The notes beneath the pieces were generated by a model that was given only the letters and a program-made list of their open reading frames with translations, did not search any database and was not told where the DNA came from. 58,706 bases of DNA from Gaiellaceae bacterium (GTDB lineage: Bacteria > Actinomycetota > Thermoleophilia > Gaiellales > Gaiellaceae): assembly GCA_036836235.1 (NCBI GenBank), contig DAITKN010000001.1:1-58706 (forward strand), given 5' to 3'. Shown piece by piece: positions 51,913 through 58,706 of the stretch. Made by a program: the position numbers and the translations under genes. Each line of letters opens with the position of its first letter. The stretch's first letter is position 1.

Positions 51913-52989
51913 GTGTCGGAGACGACCGCAGCGAGCACGGATATCACCGTCGAGGAGCTCCAGCTCGCAGCCCGCAATCACGCATTGCCGCTCGAGGCGC
52001 TGCGCCGCGAGATCACGCCGGTCGGGCTGCACTACCTCCTGATTCATTTCGACATCCCGTTCGTGGACGAGTCGGAGTGGACGCTCGAGGTGGGAGGCCG
52101 CGTCACGACCCCGCTCGAGCTCGGCCTGGACGAGCTCAAGGCACGCCCGGCGCGGACCGTCGCGGTGACGCTCGAATGCGCGGGCAACGGCCGCGCCCTC
52201 TTGGCTCCGCGCGCGCTCAGTCAGCCGTGGCTGATGGAGGCGGTGGGCACAGCAGAATGGACGGGGACGCCGCTCGCGCCGCTTCTCGAAGAGGCCGGAC
52301 TCCTTCCGGAAGCCGTCGAGGTGGTCTTCACCGGGCTCGACCGCGGTGTCCAAGGCGATGTCGAGCACGCGTACGAGCGCAGCCTGCCGGTCGGCGAAGC
52401 TCTCCGCGACGACCTGCTCCTGGCCTACGAGATCAACGGACAGCCGCTGCCGCCGCAGCACGGCTTTCCGCTTCGGTTGGTCGTGCCCGGCTGGTACGGA
52501 ATGACCCACGTGAAGTGGCTCCGCTCGATCACGGTGGTGGACGAGCCCTTCCGCGGCTGGCAGCAAGACGTCGCCTACCACGTGCGCGAGTCGGACGAGG
52601 AGCAGGGCGTGCCGGTGACGAGAATCCTGCCGCGGTCGCTCATGGTGCCGCCGGGCATCCCCGAGTTCCTGTCGCGGAATCGGCTCCTGACCGCCGGCCC
52701 GTGCCAACTGGAAGGGCGAGCCTGGTCGGGCTGGGGCCCGATCGAGCGAGTCGAAGCCAGCGTCGACGGCGGACGGACATGGGCGGACGCGGCCCTCGGC
52801 GACGCGCCGTCCGAGTTCGCCTGGCGGGGGTGGAACTTCGATTGGGATGCCGAGCCCGGCGAGCACGAGCTCTCCTGTAGAGCGACTGACACCGCCGGGA
52901 ACACGCAGCCTCTGAGCCCGGAATGGAACTTCGACGGGTTCTGCAACAACGCCGTCCAGCGCGTCCGGGTCACCGTCTCGGACACGTAA
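51913..52989 (+). CDS. Sulfite-oxidase-family molybdopterin oxidoreductase (Oxidored_molyb + Mo-co dimerisation domains)
   Basis: It has the Mo-ligand Cys motif TLECAGNGR and GFPLRLVVPGWYGMTHVKWL. 358 aa with no signal peptide. Confidence 0.85.
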   Translation: MSETTAASTDITVEELQLAARNHALPLEALRREITPVGLHYLLIHFDIPFVDESEWTLEVGGRVTTPLELGLDELKARPARTVAVTLECAGNGRALLAPRALSQPWLMEAVGTAEWTGTPLAPLLEEAGLLPEAVEVVFTGLDRGVQGDVEHAYERSLPVGEALRDDLLLAYEINGQPLPPQHGFPLRLVVPGWYGMTHVKWLRSITVVDEPFRGWQQDVAYHVRESDEEQGVPVTRILPRSLMVPPGIPEFLSRNRLLTAGPCQLEGRAWSGWGPIERVEASVDGGRTWADAALGDAPSEFAWRGWNFDWDAEPGEHELSCRATDTAGNTQPLSPEWNFDGFCNNAVQRVRVTVSDT

Positions 52990-52990
52990 C

Positions 52991-53368
52991 GTGGCCGATC
53001 GCGAGCGGATGCTGGAGAAGATCCGGGAGATCAGCCTTGGCCTCCCCGAGACGAGCGAGCGCCTGTCCCACGGCGCGCCGAGCTTCTTCGTGCGCGAGAA
53101 GCGCTGCTTCCTGATGGTGCTCACGAACCACCACGGCGACGGGCGGTTCGCGATCTGGTGCGCGGCGGGCGACGGCGTCCAGCGGATGCTCGTCGACGCC
53201 GACCCCGAGCGGTTCTTCGTCCCGCCCTACGTGGGCCACCGCGGCTGGCTTGGCGTTCGGCTCGACCGCGAGCTCGACTGGAACGAGCTCGCCGGGATCG
53301 TCGAGGACGCCTACGCAGAAGTCGCGCCCGCCAAGCTCGTCGAGGCGGCGCGCCGACACACGGACTGA
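52991..53368 (+). CDS. MmcQ/YjbR-family protein
   Basis: 125 aa with the pattern LGLPETSERLSHGAPSFFVREKRCFLMV...GWLGVRLD typical of YjbR-like proteins. Confidence 0.55.
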   Translation: MADRERMLEKIREISLGLPETSERLSHGAPSFFVREKRCFLMVLTNHHGDGRFAIWCAAGDGVQRMLVDADPERFFVPPYVGHRGWLGVRLDRELDWNELAGIVEDAYAEVAPAKLVEAARRHTD

Positions 53369-53428
53369 CGAGGAATCCCTCGATCGAGGGACGGCTCGCA
53401 TCCCAAACGGCTCGATCCTCCTAGGGAG

Positions 53429-54280
53429 ATGCCCACCGCTACTCCTTCGCGGCGATTCTTCGCCATCGCCTCTGCTGCGGTCTTCGTCACCGTCTTCGTC
53501 CTCTTCACCCTGTACGAACGGCCTTGGCTCGGCCTCGGCCATTTCTATTACTTCGCGATCGCGCTCGCCGCGCTCGCCGGAGGGCGTCGCGTCGGCGCAA
53601 GTGCCGGGCTGCTCGCCGCGGGCCTCTACGCCGCGGGCGTCCTGATCAACCCTCACGTCCCCTCGTCGCAGGTCCCGACGATGCCGACCCTGATCCGCGC
53701 GATCACGTTCATTGCGATCGGCGCGCTGATCGGCTGGTTCGCCGAGACGCACCGCCGGATGGTGGCGGAGCTCAGCATCCTCGCCGAGCGCGATGCGGTC
53801 ACCGGCCTGCCGAACACGCGCGCCTTCGAGATCGCGGTCGACCGGCGGCTCAAGTCCGAGCGCGCGTTCGCGCTCCTCGTCGGAGATATTGACGCGCTCG
53901 ACGGGGGGTCGGGTCCGGTCGTCGGCCCGGACGAGTCGCTGCGCGCGCTCAGCGACCTGCTCTCCCGGTCGCTCGAGCCGGACGACGACATCGCGCGGAT
54001 CGGCGGCGCCGAGTTCGCCGTGCTGACGACGCGCCGTGTCGCCAAGGATGCGAGCGACCTGGCGCTGAAACTCGAGCGCGTCGCCCGGAACGGCGGCTAC
54101 CAGGTCACGTTCGGCTGGGCGTCGTTCCCGCACGACGGCGAGAACGCGCTCTCGCTCTACCGCGCCGCCGACGAGCGGCTCTACGCACGGAAGCTCGTCG
54201 CAGGATCGGCTCGGCGCGGCACGCTCGCGGCGGTGCCGGGCGCCTCGGGCCGGCGCTCCGTGCGCGACCTGATGCCCTAG
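53429..54280 (+). CDS. Membrane-anchored GGDEF-domain protein with a degenerate GGAEF site
   Basis: It has 3-4 N-terminal TM helices, then RDAVTGLPNTRAF...RIGGAEFAVL...YRAADERLYARK. Confidence 0.8.
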   Translation: MPTATPSRRFFAIASAAVFVTVFVLFTLYERPWLGLGHFYYFAIALAALAGGRRVGASAGLLAAGLYAAGVLINPHVPSSQVPTMPTLIRAITFIAIGALIGWFAETHRRMVAELSILAERDAVTGLPNTRAFEIAVDRRLKSERAFALLVGDIDALDGGSGPVVGPDESLRALSDLLSRSLEPDDDIARIGGAEFAVLTTRRVAKDASDLALKLERVARNGGYQVTFGWASFPHDGENALSLYRAADERLYARKLVAGSARRGTLAAVPGASGRRSVRDLMP

Positions 54281-54936
54281 AGAACGCGCTCGATCAGCTC
54301 TGCGAGCGGCACGTCCGCGAGCGAGTCGAGCACGAGATCCGCTTCGTCGAGGCCGAGAGCGGCGGTCACGCCGTTCGGGACGGCGACGCAGAAGATCCCG
54401 GCCGCCTTCGCCGCCTTGATCCCGTTCGGCGAGTCCTCGAATGCGATCGCCTCGTCGGGAGCGAGACCTAGCACGTCGAGCGCCTCGAGGTAGAGCGTGG
54501 GCGCGGGCTTGGCGCGCGCGACGTCGTGGTTCGCAGCGACGACGGCGTGGAAGTGCTCGGCCCGCTCGAGCCGGATGAGATGCCGGTCGATCCACTGGCG
54601 CGACGAGCTCGAGACGATCGCCGTCCTGAGCCCTCGCCGCTCCGCCTCTTCGAGGTATTCGAGCACGCCTGGCCGCAAGTCCTCGAACTCCGCAAGCGAC
54701 AGCTCGTGATTCCGGCGGCGTTCGAGCACGGCCTGGCGGTCGAGCGGTCCGGCCAGCTCCTCGAGGTGCGCGTACGGGTCGAATGGAGCGCCGATCGTGC
54801 CAACGAGCGTGATCCACTGCTCCAGCGGCAGCTCGTGGCCGTGCTCGCGGTAGAGCTCCTGCCACGAGGCCAGCGAAGGCGTCTCGGTATCGACGATCAG
54901 GCCGTCGAAGTCGAAGAGGAGTCCCCGGACGGCCAC
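54277..54936 (-). CDS. HAD-superfamily hydrolase (subfamily IA, beta-phosphoglucomutase-like)
   Basis: Motif I LLFDFDGLIVDTE, motif II VSSS, and motif IV FEDSPNG. Confidence 0.85.
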   Translation of the reverse strand: MAVRGLLFDFDGLIVDTETPSLASWQELYREHGHELPLEQWITLVGTIGAPFDPYAHLEELAGPLDRQAVLERRRNHELSLAEFEDLRPGVLEYLEEAERRGLRTAIVSSSSRQWIDRHLIRLERAEHFHAVVAANHDVARAKPAPTLYLEALDVLGLAPDEAIAFEDSPNGIKAAKAAGIFCVAVPNGVTAALGLDEADLVLDSLADVPLAELIERVL

Positions 54937-54963
54937 GGCCCGAGGGTATCCGCCAGGCGCGGC

Positions 54964-55944
54964 CTAGGACTGGTAGGTCGGCACGATCGAGACCTCGGCC
55001 GACGCGGCGTTGGCGAAGGGGATTGCGCGGAGGCCGTTCGAGATCTTGTAGAACTCGCGTGCTCCCGGAGGCAGCGCCGCGAAGGTGAAGCCCGTCCCGC
55101 CGCCGAGGACGTTGCCGGCGGCGTCGAAGATTACGCACGAGAGCTCGACGCTCTGGAGCGTCCGGGCCGCCTGGTCGTTCTGGATCTCGCCTTCCACTGA
55201 GCCAGTCCAGCCGATGTCGTAGGGATCCATCACCACGCGCGTGTTCGCGACCGCGGGGAAGGCCTTCGTCGCGGGTCCGGACTTTCCGATCGTCACGACG
55301 ATCTCCAGGCGGGCGATCGGCGGGACGCCCGGGAAGCTCAGATCTCCTCCGAGCGCGTGCTGCCGGCCCGCGGCGACGGCACTGACGTGGGTGGTCGTGG
55401 AGCCGATCAGCCGATTGTCCGGCATCACGAAGTTGGCGAGGACGGTCACGTCCTGCGCGTCCTGTGGCGAGTCGTTCGCAAGAATCACACCCCAGCTGAC
55501 CGTGCTGCCGCCGTACTGGAAGGCGCGCTGCGTGTAGCCCTGCTTCACCACGCTGATGTGCGCGGGGATGACGGAGCCGACGACCATGATCGTCTTGACG
55601 GCGCCGCCGGCGGCTCCGCAGCTGACCATCGCCATCGCCGGGCCGGGCTTCGTCCCGCGTGCGACGAGCCAGCGCCAGGAGGCGCGGCCACCGTGTGCGG
55701 CGCGCGCGCCGAGGCCGCGCTGCTTGGCCCCGCTGTCGTACTGGACGCTGAGCGAGCAGCGAGCTCCGGCGGGGGAGACCCTGACGGACGCGGAGATGTA
55801 GTTCCCCTGGACCGCGCGTGTCGGGACGTCGAGGCGGACGCTCGAGACGCGCTCCGGAACGGCTCCAGCCGGGCCAGCGAAGGCCAGCGCGGGAAGCGCG
55901 GCGAGGAGGAGAAGACGCTTGTGGATGGTGGGTGCGCTGGCCAT
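54964..55944 (-). CDS. Secreted hypothetical protein
   Basis: Signal peptide KRLLLLAALPALAFAGPAGA, then a beta-rich sequence. No domain recognised. Confidence 0.5.
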   Translation of the reverse strand: MASAPTIHKRLLLLAALPALAFAGPAGAVPERVSSVRLDVPTRAVQGNYISASVRVSPAGARCSLSVQYDSGAKQRGLGARAAHGGRASWRWLVARGTKPGPAMAMVSCGAAGGAVKTIMVVGSVIPAHISVVKQGYTQRAFQYGGSTVSWGVILANDSPQDAQDVTVLANFVMPDNRLIGSTTTHVSAVAAGRQHALGGDLSFPGVPPIARLEIVVTIGKSGPATKAFPAVANTRVVMDPYDIGWTGSVEGEIQNDQAARTLQSVELSCVIFDAAGNVLGGGTGFTFAALPPGAREFYKISNGLRAIPFANAASAEVSIVPTYQS

Positions 55945-56003
55945 TTAGAGCTCTCGGGCTGTTGAGCGTGGCCGCGCCGCTTGCCCTTACGCCCTTCCAT
56001 CGT

Positions 56004-56822
56004 GTGCCACGCGGCTCCTTCCGACCCTCGTGTGAGGGATTCGCGGCCTTCTGCGAAGATCGACCGGCTTTGCTCGCGCCCGACGACCTTTCCCGGCGGA
56101 TCGACCGGGCCGAGGCCGACTTCATGCTCGATTGGCTCCGGGGGATCCCGGACGTCCGGATCGAGCGCTTCGGAGGCGCCTGGGCCCCGGTCAACCCGGA
56201 CGAGCCCGAGCTCGACTTCCAGAACCGGCTGATCGGCCTCTATCCGGAGGATGCCGGCGAGCTGGACGCGATTTTCGCGTTTTACCGGGAGGCGGGAGTT
56301 CGGCCGTGGTTCGAGCTGCCGCCGGCGCACGACTTCGAGCGGCTTTCCGGCCCTCTCGCCGCCGCCGGCGCCCGCCCGATCGCGTTCCACACGGTTCTCT
56401 ACGGCGAGCCCGAGCATTTCGACGCGGACCCACGCGTGCGCGAGATCGGGCGGGCCGAGGCCGAGGTGTTCGCCGACGTGCTCTTGCGCGGGCACGGCGT
56501 TCCCGAGGACGTGCCGCGCGGCCACGTCGCGCGCTGGGCCGAGAATGAGACGTCGCGGCTGTACATCGCCGAGGTGGACGGCCGGCCGGCAGCGGCGGGA
56601 GCCCTCGTCCTCGGAGAGGTCGCGAACCTCGCGAACGCCTCGACGCTGCCGGAGTTCAGGGGGCGTGGGCTGCAGTCGGCGCTGATCCGGGCGCGGATCA
56701 GCGCAGCAGCAGCGGCCGGGTCGGAGATCGTGTGCTCGGGCGCCTCATGGGCATCGCAGAGCCAGCGCAACCTCGAGCGCGCGGGTCTTCGTATCGCCTA
56801 CACGAAGACTGTCTGGCGCTAG
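56004..56822 (+). CDS. GNAT-family N-acetyltransferase
   Basis: C-terminal acetyl-CoA loop FRGRGLQSALIRARI. The start is uncertain (GTG 56004 chosen). The track ORF from 55818 overlaps the divergent gene and is Arg-rich. Confidence 0.65.
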   Translation: MPRGSFRPSCEGFAAFCEDRPALLAPDDLSRRIDRAEADFMLDWLRGIPDVRIERFGGAWAPVNPDEPELDFQNRLIGLYPEDAGELDAIFAFYREAGVRPWFELPPAHDFERLSGPLAAAGARPIAFHTVLYGEPEHFDADPRVREIGRAEAEVFADVLLRGHGVPEDVPRGHVARWAENETSRLYIAEVDGRPAAAGALVLGEVANLANASTLPEFRGRGLQSALIRARISAAAAAGSEIVCSGASWASQSQRNLERAGLRIAYTKTVWR

Positions 56823-57505
56823 GAAGTGCTGGCCAGGAAGCCGGTGGTCGAGCGCCGCGTGATCCGCGTTGCGCTCGACACGATGATCTGCGGCCGCGAG
56901 AACGCATGCCACATGCCGTCCGAGTCAATCAACTGCGCGCCTGCGAACCCGAACGCGTAGCTGTTGCACGCCTGTGTCGCGGTCGCCCAGCTCTCCGCGG
57001 TCACGATCGCCGGCAGTCCCGACGAGCTCACAGGGATGGCGAACTCGGGGCTTACGGCCCGACCGTCCACCAGGACGTGCCACGTGCCCGGCGCGCCTTC
57101 GAGCACCGACACGGTAAAGCGCGTCCCCGGACGAACCCCCCGGGCGAGCTCGACGTAGTGCCGCCCGTTCGGGAGCATCAGCTCGTAGTAGAGCCGGCTC
57201 CCGCTTCCGGGATAGGCGGCGAGCCCGGCCTGGAGCCACGCATTCGTCCCGCCGGGCCCCGCTCCGCGCCCGCCGACACCGACCCACGCGGCCACGTGCC
57301 CTCCGGCCACGCGCGGGGCGGAGACGGCTGTCAGCGTTGCGCTCACACCGTGCACCGCGTCGTTCTGCGCCAGCCCCGCGTACGTGTATCCGTGGGCAGC
57401 ACAGGACGTCTCGCCCCGCGCTGCCGACGGGACGGCCGTCCAGGCGGCGACTGCGGTGCAGACTAGTACGGCCGCCGCGAGCGCGGCCACGAAGCGTGGG
57501 GACAC
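56819..57505 (-). CDS. Secreted protein resembling the peptidase G1/A4 (eqolisin) fold
   Basis: It has a signal peptide, then AAWVGVGG...NAWLQAGL resembling the G1 signature (A)WVGIDG...ILQTG, and TAESW...ACN resembling AEFIIEDF..CN. Family motifs are recalled from memory and not searched. Confidence 0.4.
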   Translation of the reverse strand: MSPRFVAALAAAVLVCTAVAAWTAVPSAARGETSCAAHGYTYAGLAQNDAVHGVSATLTAVSAPRVAGGHVAAWVGVGGRGAGPGGTNAWLQAGLAAYPGSGSRLYYELMLPNGRHYVELARGVRPGTRFTVSVLEGAPGTWHVLVDGRAVSPEFAIPVSSSGLPAIVTAESWATATQACNSYAFGFAGAQLIDSDGMWHAFSRPQIIVSSATRITRRSTTGFLASTS

Positions 57506-57595
57506 GGATACCTCCGGCGCGGGGGATGACCGCGCGGTCGACGTTACGGGGAGAAAACGCCTTTCCGCCCGCTTCGGTTACGCCCGTCGACTAGC

Positions 57596-58330
57596 GTGCA
57601 GGACGAGATGCGGCCGATCGTCGGCGTCACGTCCTACGTCGAGCAGGCGCGCTTCGGGGCCTGGGACGTTCCGGCGGCCCTGATCCCGCTGAGCTACGTG
57701 CAAGCGGTCGAGCGGGCGGGGGGCCGGGCGCTCGTCGTGCCGCCCACGGAGGAGGGCGTGGAGGAGACGCTGGACGCGCTCGACGGCCTGCTGCTCTCGG
57801 GCGGCTCCGATCTCGATCCATCGCTCTACGGCGCGGACGCCCATCCCGAGACGCGCCAGGTCCGGCCGGAGCGTGACCGGGCCGAGTTGGCGCTGCTCCG
57901 TGCGGCCCTCGCGCGCGACCTACCCGTGCTGGCCGTGTGCCGGGGGAGCCAGGTTCTGAACGTCGCGCGCGGCGGGAACCTCGTCCAGCACCTGCCGGAG
58001 ACCCTCGGCAACGAGGCTCACCGCGAGACCCCGGGCGTGTTCTCCGAGCATGGCGTGGAGGTCGAGCCGGACAGCCGACTCGGTGGAATCGTCGGGGCCT
58101 CGGTCGACGTCAAGTCGCACCACCACCAGGGCTACGGCGAGCTCGGCGAGGGCCTCCGCGTCGTCGCGCGCGCCGAGGACGGGACGATCGAGGCCGTCGA
58201 GGATCCCGAGCGGCGCTTCGCAATCGGCGTTCTCTGGCATCCCGAGGCGGGGGAGGACGCAGGGCTCTTCGACGCGCTCGTCGCCGAAGCGCGGGAGTAC
58301 CAAGCCAGTAGGACTAGCCGGAGACGCTGA
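57596..58330 (+). CDS. Gamma-glutamyl-GABA hydrolase-like class I glutamine amidotransferase (peptidase C26)
   Basis: 244 aa with a GTG start, the nucleophile elbow LAVCRGSQVLNV, and HHQG / WHPE motifs. Confidence 0.85.
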   Translation: MQDEMRPIVGVTSYVEQARFGAWDVPAALIPLSYVQAVERAGGRALVVPPTEEGVEETLDALDGLLLSGGSDLDPSLYGADAHPETRQVRPERDRAELALLRAALARDLPVLAVCRGSQVLNVARGGNLVQHLPETLGNEAHRETPGVFSEHGVEVEPDSRLGGIVGASVDVKSHHHQGYGELGEGLRVVARAEDGTIEAVEDPERRFAIGVLWHPEAGEDAGLFDALVAEAREYQASRTSRRR

Positions 58331-58673
58331 TCGGCGGCGAGAGCGGGGGCTCGACGCTCTGCAACGGCGGCGCGACCGCGAACGGCTGCGGAGGCACGGC
58401 CAGGACGGGGCGGATCGCGGCCGCCTCGAGCACGGCTGCGGTGTTTCGCTCGATCTGGAGCTGGCAGAGCGCGCTTTGCGCCTGGATCCGGTAGCCGAAC
58501 GCGCGGGCGTCTCCGATCGTGTAGCCGATGATCCCGCCAAGGACGGCGCCGACGATCAGCGTCGCTACGCCGAAGATCGACGGGATCGGCCACGCTGCGC
58601 CAAGGGAGGTCAGCGGAACGGAGCCGAACGCGGCTCCGATGACCATTCCGATCGCGATCGAGCCCATGACCAC
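58314..58673 (-). CDS. Hypothetical membrane protein (the N-terminus may lie beyond the window)
   Basis: 119-aa ORF with Gly-rich TM helices at the N-terminus and a Pro-rich tail. The frame remains open to the window edge. Confidence 0.35.
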   Translation of the reverse strand: MVMGSIAIGMVIGAAFGSVPLTSLGAAWPIPSIFGVATLIVGAVLGGIIGYTIGDARAFGYRIQAQSALCQLQIERNTAAVLEAAAIRPVLAVPPQPFAVAPPLQSVEPPLSPPISVSG

Positions 58674-58706
58674 CGCATCCGCCTTGGAATACAGGCGTGC
58701 AGCGGA

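Noticed and set aside
52970-56194. 1074-aa minus-strand ORF, the longest in the right-hand part of the window
   Set aside because: It is extremely Arg/Pro/Gly-rich with no domains. It overlaps five well-supported genes on both strands (YjbR-like, GGDEF, HAD, secreted protein, GNAT).

Overview
This is a visibly high-GC window (GC judged by eye, not computed) whose gene order looks actinobacterial. About 43 kb is densely packed housekeeping DNA. It reads: threonine dehydratase, rpmE, DUF1385, osmC-like, a methyltransferase, prfA-prmC-tsaC-glyA-upp, a WecA-like GT4 transferase, the complete F1Fo ATP synthase operon (atpZ/I-like, atpBEFHAGDC), metH, an LCP protein with ugd and nucleotide-sugar genes, a MerR-like gene, ahcY, mtnA, a UDPGP-like gene, comF, hpf, secA, prfB (with the classic +1 programmed frameshift), ftsE, ftsX, an RNase R-like gene, smpB and the tmRNA gene ssrA. 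Many genes are joined by 4-nt start/stop overlaps (ATGA, GTGA, TTGA). Most long antisense and out-of-frame ORFs in the supplied track are Arg/Pro/Gly/Ala-rich artefacts of high GC, and I rejected them. The only clearly accessory stretch starts at the 3' end of ssrA. A 1.68-kb insertion is bounded by perfect 27-bp direct repeats of the ssrA 3' end. It carries its own terminator, an excisionase-like HTH gene and two unrecognisable ORFs, but no integrase. Decayed genes follow it: a 5'-truncated NAD(P)-binding gene and a frameshifted membrane protein. This non-autonomous mini-island and its unknown cargo are my best candidate for something new, but I cannot show from sequence alone that it is a functional system. 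Secondary observations are three families of AT-containing perfect palindromes or repeats in or near intergenic regions, two genes whose conserved-looking N-termini lie upstream of any ATG/GTG/TTG, and a few domain oddities. I saw no rRNA, tRNA, CRISPR array, transposase or integrase.
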